Numbered from the stretch's first letter, positions 30,401-37,890 are shown. The stretch is 64,000 nucleotides of DNA from Betaproteobacteria bacterium (GCA_022340285.1 JAJDOG010000002.1:84881-148880); one strand, 5' to 3'. Translations and numbers: made by a program. The notes: generated from the sequence alone by a model not told the origin.

Positions 30401-30424
30401 CAGCATCGCGCGCGTCGTCGTCAC
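24491..30424 (-). CDS. Two-partner secretion exoprotein (TpsA) with a TPS domain, about 24 x 32-aa N-[YF]-G-V repeats and three MBG-like C-terminal modules
   Basis: 1977 aa. TPS-domain motifs INWQQFNIG, ALNRVLG and LLLNPNGVLFG. GTG at 30424 lies 8 nt after GAGAGG. Confidence 0.9.
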   Translation of the reverse strand: MTTTRAMLRHAPVRRRIAQAVLLAFGWAQAWQAAAMPTGAEISAGSAAISSTGSQMTIRQSTSKAAINWQQFNIGPGESVQFVQPGASAIALNRVLGQDPSAILGRLSANGQVLLLNPNGVLFGPGAQVNVGGIVASTLSLSDADFLAGRYGFSGDGGSVVNQGTIEAAEGGYVVLLAPRVSNEGVISAPLGTAALAAGEQVTLTLADNKLLAIAVDRDAVGALAANKQLIRAEGGQIILTAKARDALLDTVVNNEGVIEARSVSMKNGVIRLEGGERGVVSVSGTLDASGREAGESGGRVEITGDKVAVLPRARIDASGKSRGGTVLIGGDVQGGNPGVQNADRTFVAQGAEVSADAIASGDGGKIVVWGNTSAQVYGKLTANGASEGGDGGFVETSGKHLDVDGATIEAAAPNGRGGTWLLDPYNLTIGGAATANTDNNTNTAPDWNATGNAAVVQASQIAGKLDAGTSVIITTGDGSGAQNGDLTVAASIAKTAGGDAALTLRGHDQVTLNNNVSISSTSGRLDVTLNSDSDGVNGGSILLNNGSSILSNGGNVTLGGGADPTTTAATGGATSQAYGVRLNNATIDAAGGNVIVNGQGRSTGGASNYGVWLQNAARIQTTGAGTITVSGTGGAGTNNNHGVYLQNTAQIASVTGDISITGQAQGTGTNNSGVRMDATSSVQTVDGTITVSGTGAASTTGNNGVYLRGGNAKLAATGTGSVSVTGVAGAGTNNNRGIQMDQNNTRIETGSGAVTLIGTGNGSGASNYGVYLTGTGVRATSTSGDVTVTGTGAAGTNNNFGVYVSGSGAGFASGDGNVSVTGQGAGSGTANYGVRMQNAARVEATGTGTVAVMGTGGNGTSTNYGVLLQSNDTRIATTTGSITVTGQAQGSATNNMGVRMDNTSAVETVDGTITITGTGAAGTTGNNGVYLRGGNAKLAATGTGSVSVTGTAGAGSNNNRGIQMDQNNTRIETGSGDITLAGTGNGSGASNYGAYLTGTGVRATSTSGDVTVAGAGGAGTNNNFGVYVSGSGAGFASGDGNVSVTGQGAGAGAANYGVRLQNAARVEATGTGTVSVTGTGGNGTNNNYGVYLQSNNTLISSTTGNVTVTGQAQGLGTNNIGVRMDNTSSVQSVDGSISVAGTGGDGTNGNNRNAHGVYLAGGNAKVTTTGTGTVSIQGTGGTAGTGTTRSYGVVITGGNTRVETAAGNIAITGTGAQTGGAQNYGVYLTGGNARVTSTSGDIAVNGTGGTGTTNNFGVYVTGTDARVASTSGNVTVTGTGGAGTNNNYGAYFTGTRARVESATGDVALTGQGAGTGNNNYGVRLNTSAQVTSSGAGSGTIAVTGTGAGAAPGVITTGSGTLIGAAGHSGDITISADTVTGADSIVLANTAMRGTGQLTLQPIDPASTVGVAGGAGEFNLSTTELGYIQNGFDSLIIGRANGSGAVTTGTYNNYNADTTLRGATSNISVGTTTMPAPGGNDAGTLTLATGGTVTQTGPITATNLVLLGAGGTHTLTNAGNTIGTLAASTGSVNLLNSGALTVGTVGATVGVSTTGNATVVTTPGAGHDITLANSIASTGGDVVVASGEDLNYGAATISAGGRWLTYSRSPAQNTGTVPVPGNAKPNLYNRTYAANPPATITEPGNHNIYSYQPSLTVTADNQNKIYGEPVPTLTATVTGLANGDTAADAYSGAPSLGTTATATSSVTGNPYPITVAPGTLVSDVGYTFTYVNGQLTVVARPVTIAADAGQTKLYGDPNPAAYTYTITGGPGTTGSPIVPGDTVSGALARAAGENVGAYAINQGTVAVAPAIEYIVTYVGSNFVVTPATLQYVADPVSVQTLAPLPTFTGTVTGFKGADNLGNATTGTAVFSTTVQNTFVPGVYPIWGAGLAANNGNYVFAQAPGNASAFDVGASSQGDAVGTVRAQRIRRCRDDVFAYATPVGSLPCALPPDGGDAPGPQQPLVIEGTGIRLPDGVH
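26980..28322 (-). repeat. Tandem direct duplication (2 x 672 bp = 2 x 7 protein repeats) inside tpsA
   Basis: 27301-27360 is base-for-base identical to 27973-28032. Flanking blocks differ at a few positions per 60 nt. Boundaries are approximate. Confidence 0.85.
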
Positions 30425-30560
30425 TTCCTGGGCCTCTCTGGGCTTCTGAGCACTGAATATATCAAAAACAATAGCTTATACAATATATTTAAAGTGACTT
30501 TACAGAAATATATGACGCAAAAGCCACGCCAGGGGACGCCTCATCAGATGCCGCCGAGCA
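30425..30560 (-). promoter_or_regulatory. AT-rich promoter/regulatory region upstream of tpsA
   Basis: CTGAATATATCAAAAACAATAGCTTATACAATATATTTAAAGTGACTTTACAGAAATATATGAC is a sharp AT island in an otherwise high-GC window. No specific -35/-10 pair is assigned. Confidence 0.5.
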
Positions 30561-30646
30561 GCGGCCGCGCGCCGCTTATCGAGGCGGGCAGCGAAAGGGG
30601 GCCGCGGGAGGATCGCAGCGGGGGGCGCTGCTCGGACCGCGATGCG

Positions 30647-32593
30647 CTAGCCCGAGATCGCCATGCGCCTGCGCGCGATCAAGAGCTCGCGTGCGATGAG
30701 CCCCGCCCCAACGGCGGTGCCGAGGATGTCGGTGTACACCGCGCCTGGGAAGGCTCCCGCAGGAATCAGGGCGAGGAAACCTGCTGTGGCGAATGCGAAT
30801 CGCGCGCCGTTCGAGAGCGGTCGGACGTAGTACCCCGTAATCGAGATCGAGACGAGCCACACGCCGGCGATCGCCGTGACGGTGGCGAGCGCAATCGCCC
30901 ACGCGTCGCCGATGAGCAAGAGCTGGGGTGAAAGCACGAACAGGACCGGCACAACAAAAGCAGTCCAGCCGAAAGCAACCGACGCCCAGCCGGTGCGCAT
31001 CGGTTCGGCGCCGGCCATGCTGGCCGCGGCGAAAGCGGCGATCGCGACCGGCGGCGTGATCATGGACATCATGCCGAAATACATCACGTAGAGGTGCGCG
31101 GCGATCGGAGTTATTCCGACCTTGACCAGCGCCGGGGCGACCAGCGCGGCAAGCAGGACGTAGACGCCCACCGTCGGTAGGCCCATGCCGAGAACGATGC
31201 AGACCAGCGCGGTGAGGACGAGCAGGATCGCGAGGCTGCCCTCGCCGATCTGCACGAGCGTGAGGGTGAGCCCGAAGCCGAGCCCGCTTATTCCCAGCAC
31301 ACCGATCACGATGCCCGCCGCCACGCACACCAGAATGATGTCGAGGGCCGCGAAGCCCGCGCCTGGCAGCGCGGAGAGAAAAGCGCGCCATCCCGGCCTT
31401 TCGCCGCGGTAACCGAAGATCACCGCAAGCGGGATCATCGGCGCTGCCGCGATGAGCGCCGCCATTTGCGGCGTCTGGTTGAAGATGAAGAGCGCAAGGA
31501 TCAGAACCGCGAAAGGCACGACGAAATAGAGCCCGCGCATCGTCGCGCCAACGGGCGGCATGTCCCGCTCCGCAAGGCGCGGAATCCGCATCTTTGCGGC
31601 ATCCAGATCCGCCTGCACGAAGAGCGCTATGTAGTAGAGGATCGCGGGCAGCAGCGCTGCAAGCACCACGTCCTTGTAGGGAATCTGCAGGAACTCCGCC
31701 ATCAGGAACGCCGACGCGCCCATGACGGGCGGCATCAGCTGGCCGCCAGTGGAGGCCACGGCCTCGATCGCCGCCGCCTTGTGTGCGGGGTAACCGCTGC
31801 GCTTGATGAGTGGAATGGTGATGACCCCGGTCGCGACCACGTTCGCCACCGCGCTGCCCGAAACCGAGCCGAAGAGCGCCGAGCCGACCACTGCCATTTT
31901 CGCGGGCCCGCCGCGGAAACGCCCCATCGTCAGCATCGCGATGTCGGTGAAGAAATGCGAGCCTCGGCTCGCACTGAGCAGCTCGCCGAAGAACAGGAAG
32001 GAGACAACGATCGTGCTTGCCACGGCGAGCGGCAGTCCGAGCACGCCGTTCACGTCGAGCGCCAGATACGCGGTGAGCTTCTGCCAGTCGGTGGCTTTCG
32101 CGGCGAGGCGTCCCGGCATCACGTCTCCCCACAGTGCATACGCGATGAAGGCGACCGAGATGATCAGCAAGGTGTTACCCGTCGCGCGCCGCAGCGCTTC
32201 GAGGGAGAGCACGAGGGCGATGCTGCCGGCGATCACCGCGCCCTTGGGGCGCAAGAGGATCAGGTCGACGAGGTTCTGGTATTCCCAAACGAGGTACCCG
32301 ATCGCAGCGAAGCCGATTGCCGCGCAGAGCCAGTCATACCAGGGGACGTTTGTGCGCGGCGTCTTGCGGCGCGCGGGGAGCGCGATGAAAGCCAGCGGCA
32401 GCGCAAGCGCCAGGATCGCGGCGAAGAACTGCGCGGGGTAGAGATCGAGGCGAAACCAGATCACGACGTCGAGCGCCCAGGCGATCGAGCCAAGCGTGAT
32501 CAGCGAGGCGAGCGCGCTTGCCAGGACGCGCGCCACAGGGGCCTGGGTGCCGCTCGACTCGCTTGAGCCGGGTGTGCTCAACCGCGGCCCCAT
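30647..32593 (-). CDS. TRAP transporter fused permease (TAXI-type DctQM fusion)
   Basis: 648 aa, highly hydrophobic, located downstream of a TAXI binding-protein gene. Confidence 0.9.
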   Translation of the reverse strand: MGPRLSTPGSSESSGTQAPVARVLASALASLITLGSIAWALDVVIWFRLDLYPAQFFAAILALALPLAFIALPARRKTPRTNVPWYDWLCAAIGFAAIGYLVWEYQNLVDLILLRPKGAVIAGSIALVLSLEALRRATGNTLLIISVAFIAYALWGDVMPGRLAAKATDWQKLTAYLALDVNGVLGLPLAVASTIVVSFLFFGELLSASRGSHFFTDIAMLTMGRFRGGPAKMAVVGSALFGSVSGSAVANVVATGVITIPLIKRSGYPAHKAAAIEAVASTGGQLMPPVMGASAFLMAEFLQIPYKDVVLAALLPAILYYIALFVQADLDAAKMRIPRLAERDMPPVGATMRGLYFVVPFAVLILALFIFNQTPQMAALIAAAPMIPLAVIFGYRGERPGWRAFLSALPGAGFAALDIILVCVAAGIVIGVLGISGLGFGLTLTLVQIGEGSLAILLVLTALVCIVLGMGLPTVGVYVLLAALVAPALVKVGITPIAAHLYVMYFGMMSMITPPVAIAAFAAASMAGAEPMRTGWASVAFGWTAFVVPVLFVLSPQLLLIGDAWAIALATVTAIAGVWLVSISITGYYVRPLSNGARFAFATAGFLALIPAGAFPGAVYTDILGTAVGAGLIARELLIARRRMAISG

Positions 32594-32614
32594 CGAGTCA
32601 GCTTCGGCGCCCGA

Positions 32615-33601
32615 TCAGCTCTTGGGCGGCCAGGCGTTCGCTTCCTTGTAGAACTTGATCGCCCCGGGATGGAACTGGATGGGGTCAAGATTGGTCGCCA
32701 TGCGGCCCGGATCGAACAGATTCATCACACCGAACACCTGGGCCATCGCCTTCTTGTTGGCGTGCATCGCCTTGACCATGCGGTAGACGACGTCATCGGG
32801 CGTATTGGTGCTCGCAACGAGAACCCCGTCATAGCTCAGCGCATTGATGGGCTCCACGACGCCGATATTGCGCGGGCTCGGCTTCTCGGGTCGCAGATAG
32901 GCCGGCGGGAAGAATTTCTTGATCTTGGCCACGTTTTCCGGAGTGTCGGGGATGTCGAGCGCGCGGATTCCGCCCACCGACGCGTTTGCCTCTTCCACTT
33001 TCGCAGCGCCGATAGCGAAGAAGAAGGCGTCTGCCCTTCCTGAGGCGAACGCGTCGGCGCCCGCAACCACGTTCGGCACGCTCACCGGCTGGATGTCCGC
33101 GCTGGTCATCCCGGCTGTGGCGTACAGGGCGTCGAGCAGAGGCGGAATGGTCTTCTGGCTGGTGAAGCCGGCGACCACGCGCTTACCCTTGAGATCGGCG
33201 ATCGACTTGATCGGCGAGTCCTTGCGCACGAACAGTGCGGTCCGCAGCGGATAGAGGATGGTGGCGGCGCGCAGGTTGCTGTAGTTGCGGCCCTTGAACT
33301 GCTCGACACCGAGCACGGCGACACGCAACTCTTCCACATTCGAGACCCCGAACGCATAGTCGCCTGCACTGACCGCGGGCAGGTAGACCGTCGCGCTCGC
33401 GAACGGATGCACGCTCGCCTTGAGCTGCGCCGCGTCGTTCGCCATCTTGGCGATCGCCGTGCCAGTCGAATGGTATAGCGAGCCTGGGTTGGACGCCGCG
33501 ATGCCGACGTCCTGGGCGAACGCGCCACTCGGTGTGAAGGTGAATGACACCGCGGCGGCGGCGAAAAGCGCAGCCGCCTGCTTATGCAAGGTCCTGACCA
33601 T
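32615..33601 (-). CDS. TAXI-family TRAP transporter solute-binding protein
   Basis: ATG at 33601 preceded by AGGAGGAGG. It has a signal peptide (..AAAVSFTFTPSGAFAQ) and GSLYHSTGTAIAKM. Confidence 0.9.
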   Translation of the reverse strand: MVRTLHKQAAALFAAAAVSFTFTPSGAFAQDVGIAASNPGSLYHSTGTAIAKMANDAAQLKASVHPFASATVYLPAVSAGDYAFGVSNVEELRVAVLGVEQFKGRNYSNLRAATILYPLRTALFVRKDSPIKSIADLKGKRVVAGFTSQKTIPPLLDALYATAGMTSADIQPVSVPNVVAGADAFASGRADAFFFAIGAAKVEEANASVGGIRALDIPDTPENVAKIKKFFPPAYLRPEKPSPRNIGVVEPINALSYDGVLVASTNTPDDVVYRMVKAMHANKKAMAQVFGVMNLFDPGRMATNLDPIQFHPGAIKFYKEANAWPPKS

Positions 33602-33869
33602 GATCCTCCTCCTGGGTGGGGTCGATCCCAACAACGATGAATCCGACTCGTAAGGCGCTACTTTCTTGGGCAGCGCATCGTCTGCGCTAGTTTACACGCG
33701 GCACATTGCATCCGGTCAACCGACGGACGCGAAGCGAAGTCATGTGGCGTTGTTGACCGACGGTGCGAGAATTCGAGACAGGCACCGGTTCCGGTACAGT
33801 TGCCGCGGCCCGATTATTCCCTTCACATGCGACGGTGAGGAGCCGGGCGGCGCTCGCCGAGGGACGCGC

Positions 33870-34289
33870 TCAGCGTGCTTTCGCGCGCAGGACTTTCGTC
33901 GCTCTCGCGACGTCTTGCGGCTCGACCCAGATGATTGCGCCCCAGCGCCCCTTCCCGGCGGTGAGAGCGTCGATTCCGGTCACGTTGATCTGCCTGGCGG
34001 CTAGCTTTGCCAGGTGGCTCGCCAGAGCTCCGGGACGGTCCTTGCCTTGAATGAGGTATCCAGTCTTCCGCGCTTCGAAGCCGAGCCCCCTTTTCCGCGC
34101 CGCCGCACGCAGCTTCGCGGCGTCGTCGGGCACCACTTCGATCTGGGCGCGCCGCCCGCGAGGCGTTCCGGTGCAGGCGAGCAGGTCGACGCCTGCGCTC
34201 ACCAGCGTGGAAAGAACCTTGAATGCCTGGCCGGGCCGGTTGGGAACGAGTGTCGAGAAATGCTCGACTTTCCGAACCGTGTCAGCCAT
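33870..34289 (-). CDS. ACT-domain protein (two ACT-like halves)
   Basis: 139 aa. HFSTLVPNRPGQAFKVLSTLVSAGVDL and IQGKDRPGALASHLAKLAARQINV look like ACT-type ligand-binding folds. Confidence 0.65.
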   Translation of the reverse strand: MADTVRKVEHFSTLVPNRPGQAFKVLSTLVSAGVDLLACTGTPRGRRAQIEVVPDDAAKLRAAARKRGLGFEARKTGYLIQGKDRPGALASHLAKLAARQINVTGIDALTAGKGRWGAIIWVEPQDVARATKVLRAKAR

Positions 34290-34355
34290 GGCTCCCTCCG
34301 TTTCGGTCGCGACTCCTCCCAGTCTAGCCGCGCCTCCGGATCCTGGAAAGAACGT

Positions 34356-35672
34356 CTAGAGGGTGAATCGCATCGCCGAGACGAGCATGCCTGGCAGCCG
34401 CGCACTACTCGTCGAGCGCTCGCCGTACGTGCCGGGGTCGGGAACGAACTCGCGCTCGGCCGTCAGCTCGACGAGATTCGCGCCGAGCATCCGGTAGAGC
34501 GTGTCGTCGAACCGCATCACGTTGACTGGCGCGACGATGCGCCCGCGCTCGACCCAGAATGTCGCGAATCGGGTCATACCGGTGATGCGCCCGGCCGGGC
34601 GATCGGAAAAGTTCGTGTACCAGAGGTTGCCGATATAAAGACCCGTGTCGAGCTCTGCGAGAACGTCGTGCGTTCCGAGCGCGCCGCCCGCCATATCGAG
34701 CGATTCCGGGCTTTCGCGGCCGTTCGCGGCATTGGTCTCGAGGCCGTACTCTTTCGCCGAGCGCGGCGACACCAGCGCGGCGCCGAGTCGGCCGGATTCG
34801 ACGAGTGTCACGGACGCTGGCTTCAAGTAGCCATCGCGCTGAAACGACGGCGCGATGCCATCCGCGGTGTTCTCGACCAGCGTCACCTTCGGCGACAAGC
34901 TTTCGCCATGTTCCATTCGCAGCAACGGGCCCTGCCGCGTCGCGCGCGCGCGGGCCGAGAATCCACCCCAGCCGAGGAGCCCCGCGAGCTCGTCGAGTGC
35001 GGACGGCGCGAGATAGGCGCGGTACTCGCCCGGTTCGATCGTGCGCGGGGCTGCTTCAAGCAGTGCGAGATTGCGAAGCGCTTCCGCTTGCTTCGCCTCG
35101 AACGTTGCGGGATCCCAGTCGAAGCCCGCGTGGTCGCACTTGACGGCTTTGTCGCTGTGCAGATGGAGGCTCCAGTCGAGATTGAAGCAGTCGACCGCGT
35201 GCCAGTTGCGCTGCCCGAACGAGTTGGCGAAGCCCCGCGAGATCGACCCGCCCGCGTAAAGCCCGACCAGATCGCGGCCATCGGATGCGGTGATGACCTG
35301 ATTCACCATCTCTTCTGCCGAAGGGAAGCTGCCCCGCCGCTCGTGAGTTGTCGATTCCGGATGCTCGGCGATGGCGAGCCATGGATCATCGGCGAAGTCG
35401 ACAAGCGTGTCACGCAGGCGCGTAACAGTCGTGCGCGCGAGCGCCTCGTCTTCGCCGTCGCCCGCGAGAGTGATCGTCGCGGCGGCCTGGCAACGATTGC
35501 GCACGAGCCGCAGGGTCAGGAATTGCTGCGCCACGCTGCCCGCCTGGCGCACCCGACCATGGTTGAATCGCACGAAGTCCGAGCGCTCGCCGGACAGCCA
35601 GAGCAGCAATGCCTCGTCGGTGTGCGTTTCCCGGGTCAACCGGTCGGCGAGAGAGAAGAACCGGTCTTTCAC
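34356..35672 (-). CDS. pmbA: PmbA/TldE-family metallopeptidase subunit
   Basis: GTG at 35672 overlaps the tldD stop (GTGA). 438 aa with ..GLYIGNLWYTNFSD.. and ..TGMTRFATFWVERG... Confidence 0.8.
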   Translation of the reverse strand: MKDRFFSLADRLTRETHTDEALLLWLSGERSDFVRFNHGRVRQAGSVAQQFLTLRLVRNRCQAAATITLAGDGEDEALARTTVTRLRDTLVDFADDPWLAIAEHPESTTHERRGSFPSAEEMVNQVITASDGRDLVGLYAGGSISRGFANSFGQRNWHAVDCFNLDWSLHLHSDKAVKCDHAGFDWDPATFEAKQAEALRNLALLEAAPRTIEPGEYRAYLAPSALDELAGLLGWGGFSARARATRQGPLLRMEHGESLSPKVTLVENTADGIAPSFQRDGYLKPASVTLVESGRLGAALVSPRSAKEYGLETNAANGRESPESLDMAGGALGTHDVLAELDTGLYIGNLWYTNFSDRPAGRITGMTRFATFWVERGRIVAPVNVMRFDDTLYRMLGANLVELTAEREFVPDPGTYGERSTSSARLPGMLVSAMRFTL

Positions 35673-37096
35673 GGCGCATCGCCCCCGAACACCGACACGC
35701 CGGCGAAGAGGCAAGGCGGCGATGCATGGCCGGTGTGGATACCCTGGTTGGGTTCGCCCTTGCCGCAGTAAAGCGTGCCGTGGATCTCGAACGTGCCGGG
35801 ATCGCCCACCATGCGCAGGCTCCGCCAGAAGGTGGCCGAAACGCCGCGATAGTTGGGATTCTTCACCACGCCCCGAATCCGGCCGTGCTCGATGAGCTCG
35901 CCCCACTCGCACCCGAACTGGAACTTGTTGCGCGAATCGTCGATCGACCATGACACGTTCGTGCGCATCAGCACGCCGCGCTCGATCGACGCGATCATGT
36001 CTTGCAGCGTGCTCTGGCCCGCCTCGACGTTCAGGTTCGCCATGCGGTCGATCGGCGGGCGATTCCAGCTGCTGGCGCGCGCGTTCGCCGTTCCTTCCAT
36101 GCCGGCCCGCAGCTGCGAGAAATGACCACCCAGCGGCCGCGCGAGAATGCCGTTGCGGATGAGCCAGGTTTTCTGCGCCGGGCTGCCCTCGTCATCGAAA
36201 GCGAACGTGGCGATCTCCGCGGGTAGCGATGGATCATAGGTCACGTTGAGCAGCTCGGATCCGTACTGGTAGGTGCCGAACATGCCGACCGTGACGAAGC
36301 TCGTGCCCGCATAGTTGCGTTCGTCGCCGAGGATGCGATCGAGCTCGAGCGGATGGCCGATCGACTCGTGGATCTGCAACATCATCTGATCGGGCATCAG
36401 CAGGAGGTCCATGGCGCCGGTCGGACAATTCGGTGCGCCGAGGAGTTGCAGGGCCTCATCCGCAAGGCGCGCGCCACAACCGATGAAGCCCGATCGCTCG
36501 ATCGCGTCGGGGCCGCCCTGCTGGGCGTGCTCGAAGCTGCGCGACTGGGTCTCGATGCCCCGATTCGCGACGACGCGCGCTTGGGGAACCGTGTACCGAA
36601 ACCGTTGCTGGACGTCGCCGCCGTGGCTGGTCAGGTAGAGATGCTCCACGTCGCGCCGATCGAGGCTCACTACGCGCTCGACGACGCGCGCATCGATGCT
36701 TGCGCCACGACACTCCTCGGCAAGGAGCTCGAGCAGCTCGCGGCGCGACCGAATCGGCTCGCTTGACGGATCCGGTCGGAACTCGCCGCGCGGTACAGGC
36801 ATGCGCCGCGGATCGAAGTGATGCACGCTCGCCGCACGCGTGACCTCGGCCCACATGCTGGCGCGATCGAGTGCCGCCTGCAGTCCGGCGCGTGAAAGAT
36901 CACTCGTCGCGCAATAGCCGTAGCCGCTCTCGGTGATGGCAGTGAGCATGGCACCGCGATCGATCGCGAGGCGCGGCGGCTCGGGGGCGTCCTGGCGCAC
37001 CGCGAGCGATTCCTGGGTCTCCGCCACGCCCCGGAGCGACCAGAAGGGCGCCGTGGAGCGTAGCTGGCGAAAGATGTCCCGGAGCGGATCGAGCAC
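35669..37096 (-). CDS. tldD: TldD-family metallopeptidase
   Basis: GTG at 37096 lies 6 nt after GAGGAGA. It has the HExxxH motif IHESIGHPLELD. The TTG at 37135 is an alternative start. Confidence 0.85.
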   Translation of the reverse strand: MLDPLRDIFRQLRSTAPFWSLRGVAETQESLAVRQDAPEPPRLAIDRGAMLTAITESGYGYCATSDLSRAGLQAALDRASMWAEVTRAASVHHFDPRRMPVPRGEFRPDPSSEPIRSRRELLELLAEECRGASIDARVVERVVSLDRRDVEHLYLTSHGGDVQQRFRYTVPQARVVANRGIETQSRSFEHAQQGGPDAIERSGFIGCGARLADEALQLLGAPNCPTGAMDLLLMPDQMMLQIHESIGHPLELDRILGDERNYAGTSFVTVGMFGTYQYGSELLNVTYDPSLPAEIATFAFDDEGSPAQKTWLIRNGILARPLGGHFSQLRAGMEGTANARASSWNRPPIDRMANLNVEAGQSTLQDMIASIERGVLMRTNVSWSIDDSRNKFQFGCEWGELIEHGRIRGVVKNPNYRGVSATFWRSLRMVGDPGTFEIHGTLYCGKGEPNQGIHTGHASPPCLFAGVSVFGGDAP

Positions 37097-37262
37097 GGAT
37101 TCTCCTCGATGGTGCCGGGCACGACGATAGCGCAACTGGCCGGCGGCGGCGGGGTTGAGTCAAAACGCCGTTTCCGATATAATTCAAAGCGTTGTGCCCC
37201 TCGGACGGGTGACACTGGCCGAGGGGCTTCGCTTTTTGAGACCCAACCATGGAGGTGCGCAG

Positions 37263-37445
37263 ATGGCCCGACCCCTGTCCCCGCAAGAAGCAACCGAAAT
37301 GATCATGGCGTTGCGGCGCCAGCAACCGGGTGCACCGTCCTACCGGTCGACGCCGAGCCGGCGCGGAAGACGCTCCGACTCCAAGACCGCCAAGACGAAC
37401 CAACCCGCCGCCGAAACCACACGCGAAACCGAGACCGAGGAGTGA
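37263..37445 (+). CDS. Small (60 aa) basic/low-complexity protein translationally coupled to the IF-1 paralogue
   Basis: GGAGG lies 7 nt before the ATG at 37263. The stop is 4 nt before the infA-like ATG, and the infA ribosome-binding site (GAGGAG) sits inside its 3' end. No recognisable domain. Confidence 0.45.
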   Translation: MARPLSPQEATEMIMALRRQQPGAPSYRSTPSRRGRRSDSKTAKTNQPAAETTRETETEE

Positions 37446-37449
37446 CCGC

Positions 37450-37719
37450 ATGGCAAAAGAACAGCTGCTGGAGATGGACGGGACCGTTATCGACGCGCTG
37501 CCGAACGCACAGTTCCGGGTCAAGCTCGACAACGGTGCCGAGCTGATCAGCTATGCGAACGGCAAGATGCGCAAGTTTCGCATCCGCATCCTGCCGGGCG
37601 ACCGCGTCAAGGTCGAGCTCTCGCCCTACGATCTGACCCGTGCGCGGATCAGCTTCAGGTACCGCGATACGGGGACGCGACGGGAAGCCGCCAGTGGCGT
37701 CACGTCCGCGGCTTCCTGA
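37450..37719 (+). CDS. infA: Translation initiation factor IF-1 paralogue with a 17-aa C-terminal extension
   Basis: [63 protein letters not shown] is the IF-1 S1 fold. It is 89 aa, against the usual 72 or so. Confidence 0.9.
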   Translation: MAKEQLLEMDGTVIDALPNAQFRVKLDNGAELISYANGKMRKFRIRILPGDRVKVELSPYDLTRARISFRYRDTGTRREAASGVTSAAS

Positions 37720-37728
37720 GAGGAAAGA

Positions 37729-37890
37729 ACAAAACCGGAACGTTATGAACAGGAGGAAACCGCCTGGTTTCCTCAAAGACAAACCCGGAACGGTACGAAC
37801 AGGAGGAACCCGCCTGGTTTCCTCAATGACAAACCCGGAACGGTACGAACAGGAGGAAACCGCCTGGTTTCCTCCCGTTACCCTCCTTCC
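37729..37890. repeat. Tandem array of three 50-bp units, each with an SD/anti-SD hairpin
   Basis: Units start at 37729, 37779 and 37829: ACAAA(A/C)CCGGAACG(T/G)TA(T/C)GAACAGGAGGAA(A/C)CCGCCTGGTTTCCTC. Stem GAGGAAACC/GGTTTCCTC with loop GCCT. Unit 3 carries the tail CCGTTACCCTCCTTCCCGG. Confidence 0.9.

Noticed and set aside
22714-30646. The TPS locus as a horizontally acquired island or mobile element.
   Set aside because: There is no integrase, transposase, flanking direct repeat or tRNA, and the coding GC looks like the rest of the window. Only the promoter region is AT-rich.
37729-37890. The repeat array considered as a CRISPR array.
   Set aside because: The units are directly contiguous (period 50 bp) with no unique spacers. 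There are only three copies and no cas genes in the window.
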